44,709 nucleotides of DNA from Pseudomonadota bacterium (GTDB lineage: Bacteria; Pseudomonadota; Gammaproteobacteria; Ga0077536), in NCBI GenBank assembly GCA_029977665.1, contig JAPOKK010000002.1:1-44709 (forward strand). The letters are read 5' to 3'. The notes beneath the pieces were generated by a model that did no database searches, was not told where the DNA came from, and was given only the letters and a program-made list of their open reading frames with translations. The position numbers were made by a program, and so were the translations under genes. Shown one piece after another: positions 30,894 to 40,783 of the stretch. The first letter of the stretch is position 1. Each line of letters opens with the position of its first letter.

Positions 30894-32972
30894 TCAGGAA
30901 TGGCCGCGATCGACGCGCACGACGTCGCGCGGTTCGAGTCCCGCGGTGAGCGTATCCTGGAGGCGGTTGTAAGTGCTGTACAGGGAGCGGATGGCACGTA
31001 CGTAGGCGACCGTCTGGCCCCATTTGACGCGCCGATCCTCGCGCGCGAGCTGGCGCATCACCTGCTCGACATGCCCGAACCAGCGGGTCGGGTCCAGCCC
31101 CTGCGCCGCGGCGCGGCGTCGCGCGCGTTCGACGCGCTGGTAACCGATGTTGTAGGCGGCAAGTGCGAACCACGTGCGGTCGCGCGGCGCGATGTTGCCC
31201 GGGAAGCGCTGACGCATCCGCTTCAGATAGCCGATCCCGCCGCGGATACCGGCCTCGGGGTCGAACGGGTTGGCCACGCCCATCGCCACCGCGGTGCGTG
31301 GCTGGAGCTGCATCAGCCCGCGCGCCCCGGTGACCGACTCGGCACGCGGATTGAACCTGCTCTCGTAGTACATCTGCGCCGCGATCAGGCGCCAGTCGAA
31401 GTCGCTCGCCTCGGCGTAGCGACGGATCAGGTTGTCGTAGGGCGAGATGCGTTCGAAGCGCGTGAAACGCGCGCTCCCCGGCTTGTCGAAGTAGCGCGCC
31501 GCGAGGACGTTGTAGGACTCCTTGCGGAACTGGCGCTCGAGAAAGCCGTCGATCGACGCGCGCAAACGGGTGTTCGCGGTACGCACGGTCCAGGCGTAGC
31601 GATAGCTGCCCGGTAGCGACGCGCCGGCGCTGATCCCCGGGAAATCCTCGCGCAGCGCGTTGACCGCGTGGGCGTCGACGACGACGGCGTCGAGTTCTCC
31701 CTGTTCGAGGCGCCGCGCGAGTGCGGGCAGCGGCGTATCCGGGGCAAAAACCACTGTCTCGACGGCGAGGCCCGCGGCGACGAGGTCGCCGAGCGTGCGA
31801 TGCTGCACGCTGTTGCCGAGCACGGCCACGCGCCGGCCGGAGAGATCGTCGATGCCGAGCAGACGCGGGCCGCTTCGATGCAGGACCACCGAGGCGCTGT
31901 GGAAATAGCTGCGCGACTGCGCCAGCGCGGGGTCGACACGCACGGCATCGGCGTTGACGCGCGTGGCGACGATGTCGCCCATGCCGCGCCGCAGCCATTC
32001 GAGGATCTGCTGGTCGGACTCGCCAACGAGGAATTCGACGCTCAGTCCGTGGCGGCGCGCATACAGGCGTATCAATTCATATTCGAACCCTGCGGGACGG
32101 CCGTTCCGTACGAAGTAATTGTGCGGATCGACCCGCGTGATCACGCGCAGGACGTGACGCTTGCCGATCGCATCGAGATCGCCCAGGGCGACCTGGGGCG
32201 GGGCAGTGACGCCGGCATGCGAGCGCAGCAGGTAGGCGTCGAGCCGCGCGCGCAGCGCGGTGTGCTGCGGCGCGAAGCGCCAGCGCGCCAGATTGCCTGC
32301 CGACAGCTCGAACAGGGGATGCACGCGCGGCATCGCCGCCGCCGGGTTCTCCCCGGCCCGCGCACTGACCACCGCGGCGTCCCAGGCATCGGTGCCGATA
32401 CCGGCGAGCAGCGCCTCGCGCGAGGTGTTGTCGGGCAGCACGACGACGCTCATCGGCCGCACCGCGGCGAGCTCGTTCAGGTAAGGCCACAAGGGCGAAG
32501 ACAGGTTCACCGCCACGCGGAGCCCTTCGAGGTCGCGCGGATCGTGCGCCGCGATGTCACCACGCCCGTAGACAACGTGGCGGTAGCTGCCCATGGCCAG
32601 TCCGGCCGCCAGACCGCTGCCGGCCGCAACGTCGGGTGCGAGGTCGGCGATCAGCAGGTCGGCCTCGCCGCGGCGCAGACGCCTGGCGAGTTCGGCCGGT
32701 TCGACGCCGTCCAGCCACTCGATGCGCAGGCCCTCGCGGCGCGCGAAATCGGCCAGCAGGCGGTACTCGGCGGCGGTGTCACGGTGCGGATGATTGACGT
32801 CCTGGTGGCGCAGCTTGAGCACGCGCAGCACCTCGTCTCCGGCGGCCGCTGTGGACGCCGGAGGCAGCAGCGCGCTCAACGCCACGGCGGCCAGGCCCGT
32901 CAGGACACGGGACAGACGCGTTCGTCGCCGGCGACTCAAGGCCTGCCGGCAATGCTGTTGCACGAGGCTCAT
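30894..32972 (-). CDS. mltF: MltF-like membrane-bound lytic murein transglycosylase with two tandem solute-binding-protein-like modules
   Basis: The product is 692 aa. After the signal peptide come two PBP-like modules: LRVLKLRHQD..DLLIADL..LRVAV, then LRVITRVDPHNYFVRNGRPAGFEYELI..DIVATRV..RRVAVLGNS. The C-terminal SLT domain reads AAQMYYESRFNPRA..GARGLMQLQPRTA..ALAAYNIGYQRV. Confidence 0.8.
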   Translation of the reverse strand: MSLVQQHCRQALSRRRRTRLSRVLTGLAAVALSALLPPASTAAAGDEVLRVLKLRHQDVNHPHRDTAAEYRLLADFARREGLRIEWLDGVEPAELARRLRRGEADLLIADLAPDVAAGSGLAAGLAMGSYRHVVYGRGDIAAHDPRDLEGLRVAVNLSSPLWPYLNELAAVRPMSVVVLPDNTSREALLAGIGTDAWDAAVVSARAGENPAAAMPRVHPLFELSAGNLARWRFAPQHTALRARLDAYLLRSHAGVTAPPQVALGDLDAIGKRHVLRVITRVDPHNYFVRNGRPAGFEYELIRLYARRHGLSVEFLVGESDQQILEWLRRGMGDIVATRVNADAVRVDPALAQSRSYFHSASVVLHRSGPRLLGIDDLSGRRVAVLGNSVQHRTLGDLVAAGLAVETVVFAPDTPLPALARRLEQGELDAVVVDAHAVNALREDFPGISAGASLPGSYRYAWTVRTANTRLRASIDGFLERQFRKESYNVLAARYFDKPGSARFTRFERISPYDNLIRRYAEASDFDWRLIAAQMYYESRFNPRAESVTGARGLMQLQPRTAVAMGVANPFDPEAGIRGGIGYLKRMRQRFPGNIAPRDRTWFALAAYNIGYQRVERARRRAAAQGLDPTRWFGHVEQVMRQLAREDRRVKWGQTVAYVRAIRSLYSTYNRLQDTLTAGLEPRDVVRVDRGHS

Positions 32973-33124
32973 CGCATTGCGGCCGTATGATCAGAATGAG
33001 GATTGGGCAGCGCTCGCATCGGGCGGCATACGCAGGCGTACGTCGCCGTGGGGGCTGTTCTTGTCTGAGCGCGGCGGCATCATGGCCCCGGCAGGCGCCA
33101 GGGTCAAGCGAAGTGCGGCCGGGT

Positions 33125-33835
33125 TCACAGTTGTTGGCGCTCGGCGCCGATTTCGGCACGTGCCGCGGCCAGGCGCTCCGGGGTGCCGATATCCAGCCAG
33201 CGGCCGGCATGGACTTCACCGCTCACTTCGCCGCGCGCGCAGGCGGCGAACAGCAGCGGTGCGAGCGGCGCGGGGCCGTCGTCAAGCCCGGCGAAGAAGT
33301 CCGGCGCGTAGACGCCGATGCCGGCATAGGTCCACGCTCCGCCCTGCGGGCGGCGCCGCACGGTCGCGCCCTCGAGGTCGAAATCGCCGGCGCGATGGTG
33401 CGCCGCGTTCGCCACGAGCACCAGGTGCGCCGCGGCACGGCAGCCGGCGAGCGCGGCGAACGGGTAATCCGTCCAGATGTCGGCGTTGACGACCAGGAAC
33501 GGTTCCGCGCCGAGCAGGGGCAGCGCGCGCACGATGCCGCCGGCCGTCTCGAGTGGCGCGCCCGGTTCGCGCGAATAGCGAATGTCGACATGCCAGGCAC
33601 GCCCATCGCCCAGGCGGGCCTCGATCAGGTGTCCGAGATGGCTGACATTGATCACGACCTCGCGGAAACCGGCCGCGGCGAGCCGTGCGAGGTGACGCTC
33701 AATCAGCGTCTCGCCCGCCACTTCGAGCAGGGGCTTGGGGGTCGTGTCGGTCAGCGGTCGCATGCGCTCGCCGCGTCCCGCCGCGAGAATCATCGCTTTC
33801 ACAGTCTCGGCACTCGTCACGATCGGTCGTGCCAT
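33125..33835 (-). CDS. murU: MurU-like sugar-1-phosphate nucleotidyltransferase (putative N-acetylmuramate alpha-1-phosphate uridylyltransferase)
   Basis: The product contains AMILAAGRGERMRPLTDTTPKPLLEV, then VNVSHLG and PLETAGGI. It is 236 aa. AAGGA lies 6 nt upstream of the ATG at 33835. Substrate specificity is inferred from family resemblance only. Confidence 0.7.
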   Translation of the reverse strand: MARPIVTSAETVKAMILAAGRGERMRPLTDTTPKPLLEVAGETLIERHLARLAAAGFREVVINVSHLGHLIEARLGDGRAWHVDIRYSREPGAPLETAGGIVRALPLLGAEPFLVVNADIWTDYPFAALAGCRAAAHLVLVANAAHHRAGDFDLEGATVRRRPQGGAWTYAGIGVYAPDFFAGLDDGPAPLAPLLFAACARGEVSGEVHAGRWLDIGTPERLAAARAEIGAERQQL

Positions 33836-34036
33836 TATCCATCCTTCGCGCCCGCGGATTCGAGCCGGACCCGCCGACCCGCCGCGAGACGAGCCCGCTG
33901 GGCGCTGCCGGGCGTGTCACCTCACCGGGCGTTCTGGCATCATGCGGCCGATGCCCGGAACCGCCGCTCGCTCAAGCTCCTCGCCGTCGCGCCGCCTCCG
34001 ACAGACCGTCGACCACCCGCAAGCTGCCGCCACATC

Positions 34037-34999
34037 ATGCTGATCGCCTTCGCCGTGATGTGCGGCGGACTCGTCATCCTCACCTACGGCGCTGACCGCT
34101 TCGTCGAGGGTGCGGCCGCCACCGCGACCAACCTCGGCGTGCCCGCGATCCTGGTCGGGCTGGTCATCGTCGGCTTCGCCACCAGCGCGCCGGAGATGCT
34201 GGTCTCGGGCATCGCGGCCTGGGAAGGCCGGCCCGCGCTCGGTATCGGCAACGCGATCGGCTCGAACATCACCAATGTCGGCCTGGTGCTCGGCGCAACC
34301 GCCCTGCTGATACCGATGACGGTGCGCTCGGGCATTCTCGCGCGCGAGTTCCCGCTGCTGTTCGTGGTCCTCGCCGTGGCCACGGCGACGCTGTGGGACG
34401 ACGCCCTCAGCCGCACCGAGGGCCTGCTGCTACTCGGCGGGATGCTCATCATGATCGGGATAACCGTGTGGCTCGCGCTCCACGTCCAGCGCGGCGATCC
34501 CATCGTGGCCGAAATCGACCAGGAACTGCCGCCGCGCATGTCCGGCGTCCGGGCCACCGTGTGGCTGGTCCTGGGTCTCGCCCTGCTGCTGCTGGGATCG
34601 CGTTTCGTCGTCAGCGGGGCGGTCGACATCGCCGCACGCCTCGGCATCAGCGACGTCGTCATCGGCCTCACGGTGGTCGCCGTCGGCACCAGTCTGCCGG
34701 AACTGGCCGCCTCGATCGCGAGCGCGTGGAAGAACGAACACGACATCGCGCTCGGCAACGTGCTCGGCTCGAACATGTTCAACAGCCTCGGCGTGCTCGG
34801 CATTCCGGCCGTGCTCGCGCCGAGCCCCTTCGAGCCCGAGGTCATGCAGCGCGATGTGCCGAGCATGGTCCTGCTTACCGCGCTGCTGTTCCTGATGTGC
34901 CGCCCGCGCGGCGGGCAGCAGCGCATCGGGCGCGTCGACGGCGCTATCCTGTTGGGCGCGTTCGTCGTCTACCAGTTGATGCTTTTTTTCGACCACTAA
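34037..34999 (+). CDS. yrbG: Calcium/sodium antiporter, CaCA family (YrbG-like)
   Basis: This is the tail of ORF 32987..34999. From the ATG at 34037 it reads MLIAFAVMCGGLVILTYGADRFV. Two alpha-repeats are present, GNAIGSNITNVGLVLG and GNVLGSNMFNSLGVLG. The product is 320 aa and sits in the conserved position upstream of kdsD. Confidence 0.88.
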   Translation: MLIAFAVMCGGLVILTYGADRFVEGAAATATNLGVPAILVGLVIVGFATSAPEMLVSGIAAWEGRPALGIGNAIGSNITNVGLVLGATALLIPMTVRSGILAREFPLLFVVLAVATATLWDDALSRTEGLLLLGGMLIMIGITVWLALHVQRGDPIVAEIDQELPPRMSGVRATVWLVLGLALLLLGSRFVVSGAVDIAARLGISDVVIGLTVVAVGTSLPELAASIASAWKNEHDIALGNVLGSNMFNSLGVLGIPAVLAPSPFEPEVMQRDVPSMVLLTALLFLMCRPRGGQQRIGRVDGAILLGAFVVYQLMLFFDH

Positions 35000-35078
35000 C
35001 CCGGATCGACCTCGATAACACGATGCCGAGCGGACGGAGAGGACCAGCGATGCCCATGCGGCACACGGCAGCCCCGGC

Positions 35079-35118
35079 CGGCGGCGCGCGATGGCCGATT
35101 GCGCCCGCCGCGGTTTTT
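35079..35118 (+). terminator. Possible intrinsic terminator or attenuator between yrbG and kdsD
   Basis: CGGCGGCGC pairs with GCGCC(C)GCCG, giving a 9-bp stem with a one-nucleotide bulge and a 13-nt loop. CGGTTTTT follows. The stem is imperfect and the loop is large. Confidence 0.3.
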
Positions 35119-35174
35119 GCTCAGCCTGTCCAGGGCCGCGCGGACGGCCCCGGCACCACCACGGACCCAAACCC

Positions 35175-36185
35175 ATGACGACAGCCAGTGACTACCCCGA
35201 ACTGCTCAGCGATCCGGACGCGCGCGCGCTAGCCGACATCGGCCGCGCGGTCCTCGAGATCGAGGCCCGCACGCTGGCGCAACTGGTCAGCCGTATCGAT
35301 GCCGCGTTCGTCGAGGCCGCCCGGCTCATGCTCGATTGCGACGGCCGCGTGGTGGTGCTCGGCATGGGCAAATCCGGCCATGTCGGCGGCAAGATCGCCG
35401 CGACCCTGGCCAGCACCGGCACACCCGCGTTCTTCGTCCACCCCGGCGAAGCGAGCCACGGCGACATGGGGATGATCACGCCGCGGGATGTCGTGCTGGC
35501 GCTGTCGAACTCGGGCGAGACCGACGAGCTGACCGTGCTGCTGCCCCTGATCAAGCGGCTCGGCGTGCCGCTGGTGGTACTCACGGGCCGCCCCGACTCG
35601 ACCCTCGCGCGCGCGGCCAGCGTCGCGATCCACGTCGAGGCCAGCGAGGAAGCCTGCCCGCTCGGCCTCGCCCCGACGTCCAGCACGACCGCCGCGCTGG
35701 CCATGGGCGACGCACTCGCGATCGCGCTGCTGCAGGCGCGCGGTTTCACCGAACGCGACTTCGCCCGCGCTCATCCCGGCGGCTCGCTCGGCCGGCGCCT
35801 GTTGCTCAAGATCGACGACCTCATGCACCACGGCGACGACATGCCGACCGTGGGACCGGATGCCAGCGTGGCCGAGGCACTGGTCGAGATGACGCGCTCC
35901 GGGCTCGGCCTGACCGCGGTGGTCGACGCCGGGCGCCGCGTACTCGGCATATTCACCGACGGTGACCTGCGCCGCGTGTTCGAACACGATCACGACGTGC
36001 GCGATGCGCGCATCGGCGAAGTCATGACGCGCAGCTGCAAGACGGTCGGCCGCGACCTGCTCGCGGCCGAGGCCCTGCGTGTCATGCAGGAGCACAAGAT
36101 CAACGCCCTGCTCGTGGTCGATGCCGACAACTGTCTCGAAGGCGTGCTCAACATGCACGACCTGCTGCGGGCGCGCGTGCTGTGA
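35175..36185 (+). CDS. kdsD: Arabinose-5-phosphate isomerase KdsD
   Basis: This is the tail of ORF 35091..36185. From the ATG at 35175 the SIS domain reads VVVLGMGKSGHVGGKIAATLASTGTPAFFVHPGEASHGDMG. Tandem CBS domains make up the C-terminal part. The product is 336 aa. Confidence 0.93.
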   Translation: MTTASDYPELLSDPDARALADIGRAVLEIEARTLAQLVSRIDAAFVEAARLMLDCDGRVVVLGMGKSGHVGGKIAATLASTGTPAFFVHPGEASHGDMGMITPRDVVLALSNSGETDELTVLLPLIKRLGVPLVVLTGRPDSTLARAASVAIHVEASEEACPLGLAPTSSTTAALAMGDALAIALLQARGFTERDFARAHPGGSLGRRLLLKIDDLMHHGDDMPTVGPDASVAEALVEMTRSGLGLTAVVDAGRRVLGIFTDGDLRRVFEHDHDVRDARIGEVMTRSCKTVGRDLLAAEALRVMQEHKINALLVVDADNCLEGVLNMHDLLRARVL

Positions 36186-36715
36186 CCGCCCCCGTCGCGG
36201 TACGCGCGCTGGCGGCACGAATCGAACTGGTCGTGTTCGACGTCGACGGCGTGCTCACCGACGGGCGGATCATCCTCGGCGCCGACGGTAGCGAGTACAA
36301 GGCTTTCGACGTGCGCGACGGGCTCGGCATGGTACGCCTGCGCGAGGCGGGGGTGACGCTCGCCATCATCACCGGGCGCAGCTCCACGGTAGTCGCGACG
36401 CGCATGCGCGAACTCGCCATCGACCACGTCTACCAGGGCGTGCAGGACAAGCGTGCGGCCCTGCTGGCGCTGCAGTCGAAGCTCGGCATCGGCGTCGAAC
36501 GGACCTGTTATCTCGGCGACGACCTGCCGGACCTGCCGGCGATGGAGGTAAGCGGGTTCGCCGTCGCGGTGGCGGACGCCTGTACCGAGGTACGACACCG
36601 CGTGGCATGGACGACGCAGGCCCGTGGCGGACGCGGCGCGGCCCGCGAACTGTGCGAGCTCATCCTCGCCGCGCGCGCTGGACGCGGCCCGAGCGGATGC
36701 AGCGTCCCACCATGA
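36182..36715 (+). CDS. kdsC: 3-deoxy-D-manno-octulosonate 8-phosphate phosphatase KdsC
   Basis: The GTG start overlaps the kdsD stop. HAD motifs are present: LVVFDVDGVLTDG, ITGR and YLGDDLPDLPAM. Confidence 0.9.
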   Translation: MTAPVAVRALAARIELVVFDVDGVLTDGRIILGADGSEYKAFDVRDGLGMVRLREAGVTLAIITGRSSTVVATRMRELAIDHVYQGVQDKRAALLALQSKLGIGVERTCYLGDDLPDLPAMEVSGFAVAVADACTEVRHRVAWTTQARGGRGAARELCELILAARAGRGPSGCSVPP

Positions 36716-37278
36716 ACGCCTGGCTCACCACCTTAGCCGTCCTCGCCTTCGCCGTGTTCAGCTTCTGGCTGGTGCAGGAACTCGAGGAGTCGGAAGTCGC
36801 GCCACGACGGGCGGCGCCGCACGAGCCCGATTATTATGTCGACAACATGGTCCGGCGCACCCTCGGCGTCGACGGATCGTTGCGCAACGTGCTGCGCGCG
36901 ACGCGCGTCGAGCACTTCCCGGACGACGATTCGACCGAATTGGCCAGCCCCCACCTCGAGATTTACAATGGCCCGTCCGAACCGTGGCACGTCATCGCCG
37001 AACACGGCTGGATCAGTTCCGGCAACGATGTCGTGCTGCTTCACGGTGAAGTGGAAATCTGGCGTTACGGCGCCGGCGGCGAGCGCGAGTACCAGGTCCT
37101 GACGACGGAACTGCGCGTGCTGCCCGGGGAACAATACGCCGAGACCGACAATCCAACCATCATCGTCACGCCCGCCACGGTGACGCATGCCATCGGCATG
37201 CGTGCCAATTTCGCCCACGACCGTCTCGAGCTGATCAACCGGGTAAGAAGCAGGTATGAAAGCAAGCCGCGCAGCTAG
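36712..37278 (+). CDS. lptC: LPS export system protein LptC
   Basis: The ATG overlaps the kdsC stop (ATGA). The product has a single N-terminal anchor, MNAWLTTLAVLAFAVFSFWLV, and is 188 aa. It lies between kdsC and lptA. Confidence 0.85.
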   Translation: MNAWLTTLAVLAFAVFSFWLVQELEESEVAPRRAAPHEPDYYVDNMVRRTLGVDGSLRNVLRATRVEHFPDDDSTELASPHLEIYNGPSEPWHVIAEHGWISSGNDVVLLHGEVEIWRYGAGGEREYQVLTTELRVLPGEQYAETDNPTIIVTPATVTHAIGMRANFAHDRLELINRVRSRYESKPRS

Positions 37279-37876
37279 ATCCATCCTGCACGAGTGGGCA
37301 GTCCGCGTATCCGCGGCAGCCCTGTTGCTCCTCGCACTGCTGAGCGTACCGGACGGGGCCCGGGCGCTGTCGACGGACCGCGAGCAGCCGATCGAGATCG
37401 AGGCCGATTTCGCTGAACTCGACGACGAGGAAGGCACCACGGTCTACATCGGCAACGTGGTCGTGGTACAGGGCTCGATTCGCATGACCGGGGACCGCCT
37501 GCGGGTCAATTTCACGCCCGAGCGCGAGCTCAAGGACGCCTACCTCGAAGGCCGCCTGGCAACCTTCAAGCAGACTCCGGACGAAGGCAAGGAAGACGTC
37601 GAGGGTGAAGCGATAAACATCGAGTACCACGCCCTCGAGAACATGATCTACCTGATCGAGAAAGCCAAGGTCACCCAGGGCGAACGCCTCACGCAGGGTC
37701 ATCGAATCAATTACGACACCGAGCGCAGCATCGTCACCGTGCGCTCGGCCCGCGCCACCAGCGCGGACAAGGACAGTCAGCCGAAAGAGACTTCCGGGCG
37801 CGTGCGCATCATCATCCCGCCGAAGAAGAAGGAACCGGTACCCGGGACCGGGGACGCGGTCGACGATGCCCCCTGA
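37256..37876 (+). CDS. lptA: LPS transport periplasmic protein LptA
   Basis: The signal peptide is followed by an OstA-like N-terminal fold, [46 protein letters not shown]. The product is 206 aa. Confidence 0.88.
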   Translation: MKASRAARSILHEWAVRVSAAALLLLALLSVPDGARALSTDREQPIEIEADFAELDDEEGTTVYIGNVVVVQGSIRMTGDRLRVNFTPERELKDAYLEGRLATFKQTPDEGKEDVEGEAINIEYHALENMIYLIEKAKVTQGERLTQGHRINYDTERSIVTVRSARATSADKDSQPKETSGRVRIIIPPKKKEPVPGTGDAVDDAP

Positions 37877-38678
37877 GCAGTCCGTCAGCATGGCCCGAAC
37901 CGACATCGCCGCCCCCGACAGCACCGCCGGCAGTGCCGCTCGCGGCGCGAAGGCGAGCGTGCTCGCGGTGCGCCACCTCGCCAAGACCTATCGCTCGCGC
38001 CAAGTGGTCAAGGATGTCAGCCTGTCGGTGCGCGGCGGCGAAGTCATCGGCCTGCTCGGCCCCAACGGCGCAGGCAAGACGACCAGCTTCTACATGATCG
38101 TCGGCCTCGTGCCCAGCGAGGGCGGTTCGATCGATCTCGACGGCGAAGACCTCACGCGCCTGCCGATGGACGTGCGCGCACGCAAGGGGCTCGGCTACCT
38201 GCCCCAGGAAGCTTCGGTTTTCCGCAAGCTGACTGTCGAGCAGAACATCATGGGTGTGCTCGAGATCCTGCCCGACCTCAATGAGCACCAGCGGCGGCGC
38301 CGGCTCGATGCCCTGCTGCGCGAGTTCCACATCGAGCACATCCGCGAGAATCTCGGCATGTCGCTGTCGGGCGGTGAGCGGCGCCGCGTCGAGATCGCGC
38401 GTGCGCTCGCCACCGAACCGCGTTTCATACTGCTCGACGAGCCGTTCGCCGGCGTCGATCCGATCTCGGTCGGTGACATCCAGCGCATCATCCGCCATCT
38501 CAAGCAGATCGGGATCGGGGTCCTCATCACCGATCACAACGTGCAGGAGACGCTGCGCATCTGCGACCGTGCCTACATCGTCAACGAAGGTACGATCATC
38601 GCCGAGGGCGACGCCGAAGCGATTCTGCGCGACGAGAAAGTGCGCCGCGTCTACCTCGGGGATGCCTTCAAGCTCTGA
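37866..38678 (+). CDS. lptB: LPS export ABC transporter ATP-binding protein LptB
   Basis: The product carries the Walker A motif GPNGAGKTT, the signature [15 protein letters not shown] and the Walker B motif [12 protein letters not shown]. The start is either 37866, which overlaps the lptA end, or the ATG at 37890. Confidence 0.94.
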   Translation: MPPEQSVSMARTDIAAPDSTAGSAARGAKASVLAVRHLAKTYRSRQVVKDVSLSVRGGEVIGLLGPNGAGKTTSFYMIVGLVPSEGGSIDLDGEDLTRLPMDVRARKGLGYLPQEASVFRKLTVEQNIMGVLEILPDLNEHQRRRRLDALLREFHIEHIRENLGMSLSGGERRRVEIARALATEPRFILLDEPFAGVDPISVGDIQRIIRHLKQIGIGVLITDHNVQETLRICDRAYIVNEGTIIAEGDAEAILRDEKVRRVYLGDAFKL

Positions 38679-38836
38679 CCCCGGGGCCATGCCGGAGCCA
38701 CTCAAGACACCCCCGTACGGGTCGCTAAGTGCCTGAGAAGCCGGGCACGCCGGCGGTCCGCCGCGCGATCCCGCGCCGCGCGCCTTGCGCTAAACTACGC
38801 CCTTGAACCGAATTGCCGACCGCCTTTGCGGAGGAC

Positions 38837-40339
38837 ATGAAACAGTCCCTACAACTCAAGCTCGGGCAGCATCTGACGATGACGCCGCAGCTGCAGCAGG
38901 CCATCCGCCTGCTGCAATTGTCGGCAATGGAGCTCTCCACGGAGATCCAGGAAGCGCTCGAGTCCAACATGATGTTGGAAGTTGCCGACGGCGAGGACAC
39001 GTTCAACGACAACGAGACCTACGACAAGCGCGATGACTCGGGTGACGCCGAATTCGAAGCGCCACACGAGGTCGGCGGCGGGGATCCATCCGATGAGGAA
39101 GCGCCCGTTGCTTCCCCCGATATCCCCGAAGACCTGCCGGTCGACACCGAGTGGGACGAGATCTACGACACCATGCTCAGCTCGGGCAGCTCGGTGGCTA
39201 CACGCGAACTCGACAGCAGCGACTACGAGCGCGCCGGCAGCGCCGACGAGTCGCTCGCCGAGCACCTCCTGTGGCAGCTCAACCTGACGCCCCTGAGCGA
39301 CGCCGATCGCACGATTGCCCTGGCCATCGTCGATGCGCTGGACCGCGACGGCTATCTCGCCATCAGCGTGCCGGACCTGTGCGCGACGCTCGCCGCAGAC
39401 GACGGCGAGGGCCCGGAGGAAGACGAGGTCGAGGCCGTGCTCAAGCTCGTACAGGGGCTCGACCCGGTCGGCATTGCCGGGCGCGACCTGCGCGAGTGCC
39501 TGCTGCTGCAACTCGCGCAGCTACCGGCGGAGACCCGCTGGCTGGGCGAGGCGCGGCGCTGCTGCGACGAGTTCATGGACCTGCTCGGCAACCGCGACTA
39601 CAACCAGCTCGTGCGCAAGCTCAAGCTGAGCAAGGAAGAGCTGGCACAGGTCCTCGGCCTGATCCAGACGCTGAACCCGCGCCCCGGTGCGCAGTACAGC
39701 GACGAGCAGCCCGAGTATGTCGTGCCGGACGTGTTCGTCTACAAGCATCGCGATCGCTGGCGCGTGGAACTCAACCCGGACACGATGCCCGCGCTGCGCG
39801 TCAATCCGTACTACGCAAGCCTGATCAAGCGCGCCGACGCGAGCGAGGAGAACACCTCCATGCGCGCCCACCTGCAGGAGGCACGCTGGTTCATCAAGAG
39901 TCTGCAAAGTCGCAGCGAGACGCTGCTCAAGGTCGCCTCGGCGATCGTCGAGCGCCAGCGCGCCTTCCTCGAGCACGGCGAGGAAGCCATGCGGCCGCTG
40001 GTGCTGCACGACATTGCCGAAGTGCTGGAGATGCACGAATCGACCATCTCCCGCGTGACCACGCGCAAGTACATGCACACGCCCCGGGGCATCTTCGAAC
40101 TCAAGTACTTCTTCTCGAGCCACGTCAGCACGACACTCGGCGGCGAGGCGTCCTCGGTCGCCATCCGCGCCGTGATCAAGAAGCTCATTGCGGCGGAGAA
40201 CAATGCCAAACCACTCAGCGACAACAAGATAGCCTCGATTCTTTCGGAGCAGGGCGTCCAGGTCGCCCGGCGCACGGTCGCGAAGTATCGCGAAGCCATG
40301 TCCATACCGCCGTCGAACGAGAGGAAGCGTCTTGCCTAG
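38837..40339 (+). CDS. rpoN: RNA polymerase factor sigma-54
   Basis: This is the tail of ORF 38813..40339. From the ATG at 38837 it reads [29 protein letters not shown]. An acidic region II follows, and the RpoN box [10 protein letters not shown] is present. The product is 500 aa. Confidence 0.96.
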   Translation: MKQSLQLKLGQHLTMTPQLQQAIRLLQLSAMELSTEIQEALESNMMLEVADGEDTFNDNETYDKRDDSGDAEFEAPHEVGGGDPSDEEAPVASPDIPEDLPVDTEWDEIYDTMLSSGSSVATRELDSSDYERAGSADESLAEHLLWQLNLTPLSDADRTIALAIVDALDRDGYLAISVPDLCATLAADDGEGPEEDEVEAVLKLVQGLDPVGIAGRDLRECLLLQLAQLPAETRWLGEARRCCDEFMDLLGNRDYNQLVRKLKLSKEELAQVLGLIQTLNPRPGAQYSDEQPEYVVPDVFVYKHRDRWRVELNPDTMPALRVNPYYASLIKRADASEENTSMRAHLQEARWFIKSLQSRSETLLKVASAIVERQRAFLEHGEEAMRPLVLHDIAEVLEMHESTISRVTTRKYMHTPRGIFELKYFFSSHVSTTLGGEASSVAIRAVIKKLIAAENNAKPLSDNKIASILSEQGVQVARRTVAKYREAMSIPPSNERKRLA

Positions 40340-40443
40340 GGCCTGTCCTTCTTCCATGCTGAGACGCCGCATGGCAAGCCCCCGACGCTCCGGACGCGCC
40401 CCGCGCGCCGCCTTCGACGCCGCCAATCAACAGGAGATCCTCA

Positions 40444-40737
40444 ATGCAAATCAGTATCGATGGTCATCACGTCGACGTGACCGAGTCCATGCAGGACTAC
40501 ATCCGCACCAAGATGGACCGTATCGAACGGCACTTCGACCAGGTCGTCGACGTGCACGTGGTGCTCAGCGTGGAGAAGCAGCGGCACAAGGCCGAAGCGA
40601 CGATTCACGTTGCCGGCAACACGATCCATGCGCACAGTGAGAACGACGACATGTACGCGGCCATCGATTTTCTCCTCGACAAGCTCGATCGGCAGGTCAA
40701 GAAGCACAAGGAGAAGCTGACCAACCACCGCGCCTGA
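40444..40737 (+). CDS. hpf: Ribosome hibernation promoting factor (sigma-54 modulation protein family)
   Basis: AGGAGA lies 7 nt upstream of the ATG. The product begins MQISIDGHHVDVTESMQDYIRTKMDRIERHF and is 97 aa. It follows rpoN. Confidence 0.92.
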   Translation: MQISIDGHHVDVTESMQDYIRTKMDRIERHFDQVVDVHVVLSVEKQRHKAEATIHVAGNTIHAHSENDDMYAAIDFLLDKLDRQVKKHKEKLTNHRA

Positions 40738-40783
40738 TGCGGCGCGCACGCACCTCGCCGCGTGCCCGCAAAACTCGCCACAC

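Noticed and set aside
32987-34036. The upstream 350 codons of the 670-aa ORF that ends as yrbG
   Set aside because: This part is antisense to the murU-like gene and has no transporter features. The CaCA protein is complete (320 aa, both alpha-repeats) from the ATG at 34037.
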